A stretch of DNA of 64,000 bases, taken from NCBI GenBank assembly GCA_964016885.1, contig OZ024742.1, forward strand, positions 146,630,001-146,694,000. The letters run 5' to 3'. The notes under the pieces were generated by a model, which was given only the letters and a program-made list of their open reading frames with translations, had not been told where the DNA came from and did not search any database. This DNA comes from Eledone cirrhosa. Lineage: Eukaryota. Positions within the stretch are counted from its first letter, which is position 1. Every line of letters begins with the position of its first letter. Positions 26,150-40,107 of this stretch are shown here, one piece after another. Position numbers and translations under genes: made by a program.

Positions 26150-26649
26150 TCTCCCTTTGTTTGTTGAAAAAAGAAATAAGTGACATAGTCACTACTTTAA
26201 AGTAATAGCGCAAGGTCTTCAAAATGTTTTTAATTAAGCATACAGTATCTTGCCAAATATACTATACATATATTCATAAATATATACATATATACACTCA
26301 CACAAATGTAACCCCTTAGCATTTACATTACTCTATATTTACTATGGTATTTTCATGGTAAAGGCTTTGTTGCAAATAATTATCTTACATAATATCGAAT
26401 CTATGAGATTTTGGTATTATTTATTTTGAGAACAATACCTTAACATCAGTATCAGTGACTAGTTATGGCCAGTTTCAACAGAAAGAGGTGAGAGAATTCT
26501 GGCTGGATACAGCCGGTTTAAACGCTAAAGAGTTAAGGTATAACATATCAATTATGTTCTTTCTCTCTCTCTATATATATATACATATATCTATAAATTT
26601 GAAATATATATATATTGGAAAATGTGTGAAATCCTTGATACAGTTAGGT

Positions 26650-26826
26650 ATATTTAAATAAAGGAAAAGAATGACTTCACTTGTAGTTCTAAACAATTTA
26701 ATTTAATTTTATATGATTTTACAATTTGGTTTTGTAGATCTACAAAACGAAATTGTTGTAAAATCATATTATAAAATTGAATTAAATTGTTTAGAACTAC
26801 AAGTGAAGTCATTCTTTTCCTTTACT

Positions 26827-26830
<4 letters not shown>
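26650..26830. repeat. Palindrome centred on GTAGATCTAC
   Basis: Arms of about 85 bp; only a GAAA half-motif retained. Confidence 0.8.
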
Positions 26831-27565
<735 letters not shown>

Positions 27566-27615
27566 AAGAAAGAAGAGTAACATGGTTGGCTGTACAATAA
27601 GAGCTTTATTCAAAG

Positions 27616-27724
27616 TGCTGACAATTGTTTCGTTGATCTGGTGCGTCTAGAGTTCGCTAATCGCTTGATGCTGCGTCAATCGATCTGCAATACGTTGTTT
27701 ACAACGAGTCAACACATCAGAGCA
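27616..27724 (-). ncRNA. Hammerhead motif variant (CUGAUGU, long stem II)
   Basis: Mirror of 28745-28853. Confidence 0.68.
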
Positions 27725-28744
27725 AGTGGATATGAAAATAATACGCAAGGCATGGCTTTTATAGAGGAGTGGCGTTAAACCAACACAATAACATCAGTAA
27801 CAAACTAGCTAAATAGCGAACAATTAAAACAATAACATCAATAATAAAACGCGCATGGTAAATAAACAGAGAAGATACAGATGTATGAAGTGACATGTAA
27901 AATCTAAGATAGGGTACATTAAAAGTAGTAGTAATATTAAGAGAATGAGTAAAAGTAAAAGATAAAGGAATAAAATAATAAAATGTACTTAGAGTCAGAT
28001 TTTAGAATCTCTACTGAAAGTGCAGTTATGAGAGATTTAGATACAAATGAGCTGTGGGTCTGATAAATGAACGACAATAAAACGGAGATTAATTTATGGT
28101 TTAACAGATAATTGCTTGTAGTAGGTATTTTGCCTGTTGTACTATCTTAGTGAGATTGATGGAGGGAGTGTATAAAGATTTATGGTTCTATGGTAGCTGA
28201 TATTAAGTGAAATTGTGGATTCAGTATGTTAAGGTTTACGTAGTTCAGTCCTAATTTTGGGATTGCTGGTTCGAATCCTGGAGGTTTAAATCTCTATACA
28301 CTCCCTCCATCAATCTCACTAAGATAGTACAACAGGCAAAATACCTACTACAAGCATTTATCTGTCAAACCATAAATTAATCTCCGTTTTATTGTCGTTC
28401 ATTTATCAGACCCACAGCTCATTTGTATCTAAATCTCTCATAACTGCACTTACAGTAGAGATTCTAAAATCTGACTCTAAGTACATTTTATTATTTTATT
28501 CCTTTATCTTTTACTTTTCCTCATTCTCTTAATATTACTACTACTTTTAATGTACCCCATCTTAGATTTTACATGTCACTTCATACATCTGTATCTTCTC
28601 TGTTTATTTACCATGCGCGTTTTATTATTGATGTTATTGTTTTAATTGTTCGCTATTTAGCTAGTTTGTTACTGATGTTATTGTTTTGGTTTAACGCCAC
28701 TCCTCTATAAAAGCCATGCCTTGCGTATTATTTTCATATCCACT

Positions 28745-28853
28745 TGCTCTGATGTGTTGACTCGTTGTAAACAACGTATTGCAGATCGATTGACGCAGCA
28801 TCAAGCGATTAGCGAACTCTAGACGCACCAGATCAACGAAACAATTGTCAGCA
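28745..28853 (+). ncRNA. Hammerhead motif variant (CUGAUGU, long stem II)
   Basis: UGCU-CUGAUGU-GUUGA...UCAAC-GAAAC-AAUU-GUC-AGCA. Confidence 0.68.
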
Positions 28854-29221
28854 CTTTGAATAAAGCCCTTATTGTACAGCCAACCATGTTATTCTTCTTT
28901 CTTTAACTATTATTACTCCAAGTATAACCTGCATAGAAATTACCGCGAACTCGCTGCATCACTATGGAAGCATCTTGTTGAGTCAAACTAAGCCGTACGT
29001 TAAAACCATCCACAACACGGAGTACTCTAGCTGGACTACCTCTAATTGGATCACCTATAACGATAACTTGTTATCCCATATGTATATATATATACAAATA
29101 AAGATTCAGCGAGAATCGCATTTTCGGCGGGCAGGAAAAGCGAAGCGAAACGCAAAAATCATATATACACATATATTAAAATATAAATATTAATAAAATA
29201 GATGTTCTTTTAATCAATTAC

Positions 29222-29274
29222 ATTTTATTATACATATTTCGGATGTATAACAGTACGTCCTCATCAGACAAAAT
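29222..29274 (-). ncRNA. Minimal type I hammerhead motif
   Basis: Mirror of 31355-31407. Confidence 0.8.
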
Positions 29275-30486
29275 ATAATGATACAAGACATACCCTGAGA
29301 TGTTAAATGGTTAAGATTTAATCAAGGTAGTGATTAACCTAAGAGAAGATTTAACATATATACCCTAATTATGAGAAAATGCGAAAACGTAATAAATTCA
29401 TTAGAGAATGTGAGTAAGAAAAACATTTCTTAATGTAAACTGTTATAGAGATTTTAAAATGTATGATATCTAGGAAAACATCTCATGAATCATAACAGCC
29501 AGTGATAGCCACTGGAAAAGGATTTATAAAGAGGGAAAGATTAGGGGGGGGGGGGGGGGTGATATATGCAGAATGAATTTTTTTCCGAAAGTTAAACGGT
29601 TAAATTTGAAAATATTTAATTTATAATATTAGGGTGAAGACTCAAGATTTCAGGATTATTTGCTGGTTATTTATATATTAGTTTTATAAATTCAATAAGT
29701 GTGTTATCATTTCTAAGCTTCTGAGTTTTATGAGGGTAACGTTTAAAGGATTTAGCTGGCACATCAAGAATGAAATATTATACTGTTGATTATTTTCCTA
29801 AATTTAAACTTTAACAAAGATACCAACATATTAGGTATGTAAAGCTTCTGAAGTATTTATTGTTAGAAATATTTAAATAACGATTATGTATATAGATTAC
29901 ATATATATAATTACATACATATTATAATACATTATATTATATTACATACATATTATAACACAGTACAACGATTATGCATATAGACTACATACATATAATT
30001 ACATACATATTATAATACATTATATTATAAATAAGAGATTAAAAACGCAGCAAAAATTCACATTTATATATAAGTTTGAATCTGTTTTAAATTTTAGATT
30101 TTAAAGTGCAGTAAATATATAAAAATATATATATACATATACTCTATTATATTATACTATAAATAAGAGATCAAAAACGCATTAAAAATTCACAGTTATA
30201 GATAAGTTCCGTAAAGATGTATCGATTGTGTATTAAACTAAAATTTAATAGAAATTTAACTTAAATTTTAGTTTAATACACAATCAATACATCTTTACGA
30301 AACTTATCTATAACTGTGAATTTTTAATGAGTTTTTGATCTCTTATTTTTGTATAATATAATATAGTATATGTATATATTTTTTTAAAATATATTTACTG
30401 CACTTTAAAATCTAAAATTTAAAACAGATTCAAACTTATATATAAATGTGAATTTTTGCTGCGTTTTTTATCTCTTATTTATAATA

Positions 30487-30667
30487 TAATTGTTTCTACT
30501 TTAGGCACAAGGCCAGCAATCACCCAGTGCATTACTGGTACTTTATTTTATCGACCCCGTAAGGATGAAAGGCAAAGTCAACCTCGGCGGGATTTGAACT
30601 CAGATCGTAAAGGGACGTAACTATGCTGGAAAGCATGGCGTCCGACCCTTTACTGATACTGCCAATT
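30487..30667 (-). mobile_element. tRNA-derived SINE, family 1, nested in a palindrome arm
   Basis: Reverse complement is near-identical to 5125-5312. Confidence 0.9.
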
Positions 30668-31354
30668 TTATTTTTATCTTCGTCGTTATTATTTACCTAA
30701 AATATACTGGCTCATTAATATATATCTATATACATAATCGTTATTTAAATATTTATAACAATAAGTACTTCAAAAGCTTTACATACCTAATATGTTGGTA
30801 TCTTTGTTAAAGTTTAAATTTAGGAAAATAATCAACAGTATAATATTTCATTCTTGATGTGCCAGCTAAATCCTTTAAATGTTACCCTCATAAAACTCAG
30901 AAGCTTAGAAATGATAACACACTTATTGAATTTATAAAACTAATATATAAATAACCAGCAAAAAATCCTGAAATCTTGAGTCTTCACCCTAATATTATAA
31001 ATTAAATATTTTCAAATTTAACCGTTTAACTTTCGGAAAAAATCTCATTCTGCATATATCACCCCCCCCCCCCTTATCTTTCCCTCTTTATAAATCCTTT
31101 TCCAGTGGCTATCACTGGCTGTTATGATTCATGAAATGTTTTCCTAGATATATTGTAGTATCATACATTTTAAAATCTCTATAACAGTTTACATTAAGCA
31201 ACGTTTTTCTTACTCACACATTCTCTAATGAATTTATTACGTTTTCGCATTTTCTCATAATTAGGGTATATATGTTAAATCTTCTCTTAGGTTAATCACT
31301 ACCTTGGTTAAATCTTAACCATTTAACATCTCAGGGTACGTCATGTATCATTAT

Positions 31355-31407
31355 ATTTTGTCTGATGAGGACGTACTGTTGTACATCCGAAATATGTATA
31401 ATAAAAT
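31355..31407 (+). ncRNA. Minimal type I hammerhead motif
   Basis: AUUUUGU-CUGAUGA-GGAcGUACuguuGUACaUCC-GAAA-UAUGUA-UA-AUAAAAU. Confidence 0.82.
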
Positions 31408-31536
31408 GTAATTGATTAAAAGAACATCTATTTTATTAATATTTATATTTTAATATTAATAACTCCGGAAAATTATTTTGTAAAACTCATACTGTAAAAC
31501 TCGTTCTTTGACATAATCATTGAATATTGTTTAACA

Positions 31537-31600
<64 letters not shown>

Positions 31601-31754
31601 AATATATATACATATATATATATATATATCAAAATAAATTAACGGAGTCACAGACTCGTGTTAGTCCCTGTAAATACCTCACCTTTCTTAGTTTATAGAT
31701 TCCATACACAGGTGGTTTTCCCTGTATATTGATAAACACATACTCATACTCTCA

Positions 31755-31832
<78 letters not shown>

Positions 31833-31889
31833 CTCTCTCTCTCTCTCGTGTGTTATCTTTTCTACATATTATATATATATATATATATA

Positions 31890-32264
31890 TGGCACCATGC
31901 AGTTGTACAGAAGACCCGACTGCCCTTGCATACAAACCTAGTGAGTAGGCACCTCTTAACCCAATGTACGCCCCACCCCACACACTCTACCCTATCCTCC
32001 CTTTTCCGTTCCATCCACTGTGAAAATGACACAACAGTCCACACTGTAAGGTGGTTGTGTAGGAGACACGGTAAAAAGGCTGCCAGTCCACACTGTAAAT
32101 GTGGTTGGTGTTAGGAAGGGCATCCAGCCGTAGAAAAAAAAAACTACCAGAAACACTTCCATATGAGCGAGACATCGTCTCCTGACCATTCCCACATCAA
32201 ATGGAACAAAACTATCTAGCCCACTCTAGCATGGAAGATGGACGTTAAATGATGATGATGATGA

Positions 32265-32268
<4 letters not shown>
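31890..32268 (+). mobile_element. 5'-truncated RTE 3' end with (GAT)n tail
   Basis: Colinear with 49610-50040. Confidence 0.82.
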
Positions 32269-32306
<38 letters not shown>

Positions 32307-32726
32307 TCATCATCATCATCAGTATCATCATATAACAAAATGTAGGTGAATTACAATGTCACATTTGGTGCCACATGGAATTTATCCTAATTCGTAATAA
32401 CAAAGTCACACTAACCTTGGCTCCTCTACAACTTCAACCCAACTATTTCAACATTTCATGAAAATGACGGCAGCTCTAGCTGACATTTTTCACAGCATTA
32501 AGTCTCTATGACTGATGACGCTATATATATGTTGCAACTGTTTATTGCCCTTCAACTTCCAAGTTTGTCTGTTTATTATATGTTTCTATATTTGTTTTTG
32601 AATATGATACATGTATATGTAATCAATTTTCAGTTAATATGTCCCCAAACAGATAGTGGAATAAGTGTTGTAATACCTACATATGCATACATATGCACAG
32701 ACATAGACATAAACACACACACACAG

Positions 32727-32779
<53 letters not shown>

Positions 32780-33500
32780 AAATGGAAAAAATGAAATTTC
32801 ATTTCTCACTCTTAGTACGGCTGATACCTAAATATAAGTATGTATACGTACATTCATATATGTATACAGACGTACAGTAGTATGTATATACATACATACA
32901 TGCACACATATATATATATGTACGTATGGGTTTACCGAACATTTATTATAATGTTTGGTTTGTTTGTAAACAAACAGTCCAAATTAAGCCGTACAGTGTT
33001 CGGCAACTATCGTTGCCCTTTTGTTCAACACTGACAAAGGAACAATGAACTAGATTCTAGTTTATTAGCTGTCATCAGCCCCGTATACCTTCCTGTCAGT
33101 CAATTGAACGTTTGAAAGTACATACTTTCCTTATGCATATTAACGGCTGAGCAGCCTAATTTGCATATCGAGTGAGTTAGTCGGCCGGGGTACCGGAAAA
33201 CGATAAATGGAAAAAAATGAAATTTTATTTCTCACTTTTAGTACAGCTGTTACATAAAAATAAGTATGTATACGTACATACATATATGTATGCAGACGTA
33301 CAGTAGTATGTATATACAAACATACATGCACACATATATATATGTACGTATGGGTTTACCGAACATTTATTATAATGTTCGGTTTGTTTGTAAACAAACA
33401 GCCCGAATTAAGCCGTACAGTGTTCGGCAACCATCGTTGCCCTTTTGTTCAACACTGACAAAGGAACGATGAACTAGTTTCTAGCTTATTAGCTGTCATC
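32780..33500. repeat. Tandem duplication, period about 425 bp (1.7 units)
   Basis: 32780-33077 is repeated at 33205-33500. Confidence 0.88.
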
Positions 33501-33586
33501 ATATATATGTATATATATATAGAGAGAGAGAGAGAAAGTGAGAGATATGTCTGTCATTGCAATTTTGAATCTGAACATTATATATA

Positions 33587-33783
33587 TAACGAAGGAAATG
33601 TGGTAAGGAACCAGGTGGACCATAACGCACCAAAGTACTCAATACTTAGAGTAGTAGAGTGGGTAATAGGAACAAGTAAGACCGCGACGGCTGAGCTCAA
33701 GCCGTTTCGACGGCTAATTCTGTACAGAATTAGCCGTCGAAACGGCTTGAGCTCAGCCGTCGGGGTCTTACTTGTTCCTATTA
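33587..33783. mobile_element. GC-rich palindromic element with half-hammerhead
   Basis: 33665-33783 is a near-perfect palindrome centred on CTGTACAG; GAAAC-GGCT..AGCC-GTC; longer tail on the left. Confidence 0.72.
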
Positions 33784-33970
33784 TATTTATATATATATAT
33801 ATATACCTCGATATGAATACCCCCTCCGCCTCCGTGGTATTTTCTTCGTGGTTATAAGAGGCTTAGCTCTGTTTCTCGACCGTTATATCGCGTGACTATC
33901 TCCCCCTCCGCCTTTTGGGATTCTTTCTCACGTCGTGTAGACGCGTTCTTGAGACTAGTAAAATGAGGTA

Positions 33971-34058
33971 TCCTCTTGATACGTCGGCAGACCTCGCAAG
34001 GACTCTATATCTTTGATATATTGTTTTTGTTTATGCCACGAAACTACGTAGTCGAGGA
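33971..34058 (+). ncRNA. Degenerate hammerhead motif
   Basis: UCCUC-UUGAUAC (mutated core)-GUcGGCA...UGCCAC-GAAAC-UACGUA-GUC-GAGGA. Confidence 0.5.
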
Positions 34059-34292
34059 ATTTAGGAACAGTTTAGGTATGATACATTTTATTACTAATTA
34101 TATCTAAATGTTTCTTCTCTCTTCATAATGTATTTTTAACTCTGATACTGGTTCAGTCTGGTTCAAACTGAATTGGTCTGTCCCAGTCATTCATTGAGCA
34201 ACATCGGTGAAGTTGGCACCCTTAACTCACAGTTGGGTGCGGATGCATTCATGTATATATGTGTGTGTCCGCATGTATATGTGTGTTTCTAA

Positions 34293-34361
<69 letters not shown>

Positions 34362-34645
34362 TTGGGGAGGGTCATATTTGTGTAATAATATTGCCAGAAT
34401 TAATAACAGAACACACTCACTGTTTGGTTGGTTTTCGCTTCTGTGTCCTTTATATCGGTTAATTTAATTTATTCTGTCCTCAATGTTACCAGTGACTGAC
34501 CAACGGTCAAAAATACAACAACAACAACAACAACTATACGGACAACAGCAACAATAATAACGATAGTAGTAATATAAACAATAACTCTGAGTATAGAAAT
34601 AACAGCTATAATAGTAATAGTCATAACAATAACAATAGCAGGAGA

Positions 34646-37488
34646 GTGAGAAATAGTAATAATGGTAATAATACTAACGATACACAGAACAACAACAGCA
34701 ACCACAATAATAATAATAATAGAAACATTAACTACAGACACAGCAGCAGCGATCACAGTGGTAATAACGGTAACAATACGAGTAACAACAACAACAACCA
34801 CAGTGGTAATAATAGAAATAATATATGTAGCAACATTAACGATAGACACAACAAAAACAAGAAACATAATAAAAGTAACAACCACAATGGTAGAAATAAT
34901 AGTAACAAAAACAATAACGGTGGAGAAAACAACAACAATACATCTAACAATCACAGCAACAATACCTCTAGCAATCATAACAATAATAATAATGGTAATG
35001 ATAGGAACAACAACAACCACCATAATAACAATAATAGCAACACACACAAATATGACGATAGATATAATGACAACCCCTTAGAGAAACTATTCTTCAACCC
35101 AGATGACAAAACATATAAGATGGGTAATATCTATCCTACGAGGTTACCCTTTAATAAAAGGGTTTGCATACTACAACAAATAGATGACGAGACAGGGGCA
35201 CAGTTCACCATAGCAAGAAATAAGATTAGACAAATAGTAGACCGGTATACTAAGAGACAAAGCAGACCAGAGGTCCAACAACTTGGGAGGAAACCCGTAG
35301 AAGGCTTGGTTAGCCTCAAGCAGCGTACAAGGGATGGTGAGGTAGTATGTCTACCCACGGATAAGTCTGGTAGGATGTCAATAGACAGCATGCCGAACTA
35401 CATCAAGGCTATGCAACCCCACATCACCCAACACGAGCGAAATTGCACAGAAAATACGTGTTGAGAGAGAGAAAATCCTCAACGCTCACATGATGATGTA
35501 GACCGACATCCTAAAGCCAAGCAGACGCACTGCCAACAACTGCCAGGCGTCTAACAATGGCATACCACCCTTGTATGGGCTCCGCAAAGACCACAAGACA
35601 GTCGACGACCCGACAACGGGACCACCAACAAGACATGTATGCGGAGCAAATATAGCTAGCAACTACAGGATCTTCTACTTCCTCTCAATGGTTATACGCC
35701 CCATAATCAAGATGTCCCCAGATGTATGTGACAGTACAGAGGACCTCCTCAGCAGAATCAGTGAGTGCAACAAAAACAGGAACCTATCCAACTGCATAAT
35801 AGGCAGTATGGATGTGGTATCACTGTACCCATCCATTAACATTGATTTTGCCGTGGAAAAATGTGTGGAGATGATCATTGAGAGTGAGATGGAGTTCTGC
35901 GACGTCGACACAGACGAACTGGGCCTCCTACTTAGACTTACCTACGACACTGACTACCTAGACAGCCATGACTTTAGACGTTTCTACCCCAGTAGACCCA
36001 TAAGAGGTATACCCCCCCCCCCCCATCATAACCTCAATGGCAAAAAAGACTCCCATGGGAAGGTGGATTGGATGGACCAAAGCTATACGGACCCCTCAAA
36101 ACAATGATCAGGTAAGAAAAATGGTCGCACATGCAATAGGGGCTAGTATCAAAACTACCCTAAAGGGCCACATATTCAAGTTCAACGAGAAGATCTACAC
36201 CCAAAATGAGGGAGCAGCCATTGGCGTCAGCATAGCTGGTGACGTTGCCAACCTTTTTATGGTATGGTGGGAAAGGAGACTCAAAGATCTCCTTGATGAG
36301 AGCTCCATAGACCTCATCATGTACTCTCGTTACAAAGACGACATCAATATAGTAATAAGGACATCCTCACAAGAGAGCACTAACAAGTTTGATTTAGAAC
36401 GTAGCACAATGGAAAGCATTCAGCAGATAGCTAATTCCATACACCAGAGTATAACTGTAACTATCGACTACCCTTCCAAACACCCTAACAATAGACTACC
36501 TGTATTAGACACGGAACTCTGGATTAACACTATAGACGAAAGAGCCAAAATTCTCCACTCACACTATGCTAAAAACATGGCCTCCAAATACCTGATACTC
36601 AAAAACTCAGCAATGTCCAGTAGTGCTAAGTTTAATATTCTGATCGCAGACTTGGTACGAGTGATGAAGAATGTGTTTCGCATGTACGACCCAACAGAAA
36701 TGGAAAGACACATCCAACACTTCATCAACCGCATGCAGTTCTCTGGCTACAACCAAAGAGACAGAATCAGAGTATACGAAGGAGCCATGGAGAAGTATAA
36801 GACCCTCATAGAACTGGAGATGAAAGGAATTTGCCCATTATACAGGAGCAAATCATGGAATAGCTTAGATAGGACTAGACATAAGATAGGGAAAGCCACC
36901 TCATGGTACGACAACCAGAGATACCAGAGTGTCATGTTTGTGGACGCTACCCCTGGAGGAAAATTAGCTAACCAGTGTAGAAAGGCCCTGAGAAAGATCC
37001 ACTTAAAGATTAAGGTGGTAGAAAAGCCAGGAACCACCATAAAATCCCTGATCAGCAAAACCTATCCTTTTAAGAAAACCCACTGTACTAATAAGAAATG
37101 TGTTATATGTAAAGTAAACCCCCAGATAAACTGTAAAACTAGAAACGTAGTCTATAACATAAGATGTACAGAGGGTACTTGCAGAAACATGACAACAACA
37201 TACATAGGCGAGACAGCTCGTAGCATAGGTGACAGGATAGACCAACACTGGGGGGAACTAAAAGGACGAAAAAACGGTTCAGTACTATATGAACATGCCA
37301 GACAACAACACGACGGTAACATAGACAACATAGAAATTAGAATAATATCTAAACATAGAAATGACCCAGCAGATAGACAAATCAGAGAGGCCAGCGAAAT
37401 AGAGCTTAGAAGGCCAAGGCTAAACAGAAAAAATGAATGGAATAACAACAACACCCAAACAAACAACACTGACCTAAGAGAAGTATAA
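34646..37488 (+). pseudogene. PLE reverse transcriptase plus C-terminal GIY-YIG endonuclease
   Basis: PTDKSG, YGLRKDHK, SMDVVSLYPSI, EGAAIG, RYKDD, LPVLD, Cys-rich linker, NVVY..YIGET, REASEI, LNRKNE; frameshifts near 35460 and 36020. Confidence 0.92.
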
Positions 37489-37731
37489 ATAAATAAATAC
37501 ATACACAAGCACAATAACAAAAAACACATATAAACACACACTAGCAAAATAAGATAGAATACAATAACCAATACACAGTCACCCGAACACGAACACACAT
37601 CAAACAAAACACTATACACACATGCAAACGCATGCGCAGAGAAGACAAAAAAAACAAAAAAAAAACAAATAAATAAATAAACAGACTAAATAAAGATAGC
37701 GTAGGCATACAATGTAACGGGAGGAAACATA

Positions 37732-37785
37732 ATAGCACCACTGACGATGTTGCAGATGTGCAACGAAAGAACTTTGTTAGACTAT
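37732..37785 (+). ncRNA. Hammerhead motif, weak stems I and III
   Basis: CUGACGA-uGUUGCAgaugUGCAAC-GAAA-GAAC-UU. Confidence 0.6.
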
Positions 37786-38606
37786 AAGACTATATATATG
37801 TGTTTGTGTCTATATTCTATCTGTATTTTTGACCGTTGGTCAGTCAATGGTAACATTGAGGACCGAATAAATTAAATTAACCGATATAAAGGACACAGAA
37901 GCGAAAACTAACCAAACAGTGAGTGTGTTCTGTTATTAATTCTGGCAATATTACTACACAAATATGACCCTCCCCAAGTATAACAATATTTGTTTCGACA
38001 CACGATTTCATATCAAAAACCTCGCAAAACTATATATATATATATATATATAAATATAAATTATCGAGAATCGCATTTCGGCCCACGAAATAACGAAAAA
38101 CAACCTCCAAAGATGTGTGGCAAGTGCTCAATGATTCAGATGAACCAGAGCTATAACAAACGTTAAAGGCCAAACACACTGAGACGATGGTTAAACAATC
38201 ATTCGCATAGCCAAAAAAACGATCAAGTATTTTGGGTCAAACAAATAACAAATATTTGTGATTGAAAATTTACCCGGACCCCTGGAAGGTTGGTAAAATC
38301 CAGCATTTGGTTTTCTGCGGCTCCTTAATCAATTACTGTCCGCTTACATAAATAATGTTAGGCTTCTGGTAAGATGATTGAACAAGGAAGCCACTTATTC
38401 AACAGGTTTTATATGTAGATAAATCTACCAAAATAAACGGTAGTGTCCAATCCGTATGAAGAACTCAATGTAATCCAAATATCATGAAAAGAGAAGATGT
38501 ATTCAAAAATTTTTTCGATGAAAATCACAGGAAAACAGAGTCAAGATAAATTAATAAAAACAATGAATAAAAACAAAGAAACAGTTCCTTATATTAAAAA
38601 ATTCCT

Positions 38607-38736
38607 CATTTTACGATCGTTTCTAGGATATATATGTGTGTGTTGGTATGTATATCATATAGATCTATGTAAACAATTTACAAACTATCAGAGGGAATAT
38701 ACATACCTACACATATATATGCTGTCTTCAGAAATA
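38607..38736 (-). ncRNA. Hammerhead motif with about 100-nt stem II insert
   Basis: Mirror of 42986-43123. Confidence 0.58.
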
Positions 38737-40107
38737 AAGATATTTGTTTATTGAAAAAAACCAACAAATATTTAATATAATAGGTCTGTTTGGGAACAGG
38801 TTTTGAATTGACCAATAGAACAGTAGTAAGTGGTCAAGTTGATAGAATAGTAGTAGTAGAAATTTAATTTAGGAGTAGAGGAATGCAGACTTCAGTTTTG
38901 AATGAAAAGACTACTTTGGGGTCAAGCCAGTGAAAGGTACACGAAAATTTGATGTTATTAAAGAATAATGCTAATGTTAAAATCGAAGGAGAATAACATT
39001 TTAGGATAAATGTGTTAGTGAGAAATACCAATCTTATTTAAAACATAAGGAATTTAGATCTATAAAAAGAAATTAAATTAATTTAATTGATAGGTATACT
39101 TATAGGGATACATTTATATTAATTCATATGGATGTGATAAATAAGAGTTAGATGTTATTAAAGAATGTTGTTAAAAACGAAGGAAAAAAAATGGGGGGGG
39201 ATGTATTAGTGAGAAATAACAAACTTATATAGACTACAAAGAATTTAGATTCATAACAGGAAATTAAAATAGTTTAAATGTATACTTATAGGTATTAATT
39301 TTAGGAAAAGATAACTGTAAAAGGGAAATAAAATTATAAAGTTCTCAGTAGTAAAATACTAATTATAGGTTAACTAAATTTAAAAAAAATAATTATAATA
39401 ATTTGTAAAATATAAGTGTATATTAATTAGGTTTATAATATTTGAAAGTTCTTCTAATTCTATGATTGCACGATATAATTCATTCTTGTCGCTTCTTTAA
39501 TAGATTTCATTATTTCAAAAAGTTCCTGGGAACATAATCTACACTCATATCTGTTATTTTGATAAGGGGTGGCCCTTTTGAGCACACTCTAGGTCAGGTT
39601 ATAATCGATATTCTTTTTTCTATAATTATTAATTATTTCAGCCAAGGATGTTGTATTAGCTAATGCGGCATTTTTAAAACTGTGTTTGTGGGTATTAAAT
39701 CTTACTTTAAATGGGTTAGAAGTAGCTCCTATATATGAATAAGTTGAGTCCTTAGTGCTAATTTTACATTTATATACTATGTTATTAATAGGCAATTTCC
39801 TTTTAATGGGCAATTTGCTTTGTTTCTACAGTTACAACCATTCGTGAATATTATATCAGGGGAGTCAAATTAGGTGTGGAATTTACTCGACTTGTTGTAT
39901 GTGAAGAAGATGGTGGTTTGCTGCGGTTTATTTTAGCATTATGGTTAGTTTGATGTGTTGGTGGTATATTCATGGTTTTTTTACATTTATATGCATGGTA
40001 GGCACCTATATTTTGTATATTTTTGGTAGTGGAGTAGGAGAATTTGACCGTTGATCTATTTAAAATTTGATGGTATTTCTGTTTTGGCGGGAAGTTTTTC
40101 TCTAGGA

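Larger units (their letters stand above)
25724..26277. mobile_element. Retrozyme-like HHR element: 317-bp unit plus partial second unit (-), then an inverted arm (+)
   Basis: 25724-25773 is directly repeated at 26041-26090; 25761-25947 mirrors 26091-26277. Confidence 0.85.
27561..29080. mobile_element. Large inverted-repeat HHR element (about 620-bp arms, 104-bp spacer, about 170-bp extra tail on the right)
   Basis: 27561-28182 mirrors 28287-28908; tail homologous to 43230-43428(-). Confidence 0.9.
29172..31541. mobile_element. About 2.3-kb inverted-repeat HHR element (centre about 30255)
   Basis: Arms of about 1.1 kb with indels; SINE in the right arm only; extra 3' tail 31459-31541; another copy at 62742-63040. 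Confidence 0.9.
34359..38031 (+). mobile_element. Penelope-like element with inverted terminal copy, decayed
   Basis: 34359-34517 mirrors 37822-37980; RT plus GIY-YIG ORF; HHR in the 3' region; (TA)n on both sides. Confidence 0.92.

Noticed and set aside
34469-35047. Hydrophobic membrane protein on the minus strand
   Set aside because: Antisense shadow of the AAC/AAT-rich tract
34359-37980. TIR DNA transposon
   Set aside because: Internal ORF is RT plus GIY-YIG, and the inverted ends are PLE 3' copies
40051-40107. N-terminus of the 559-aa ORF
   Set aside because: Antisense read-through from the inverted arm, not part of the PLE protein
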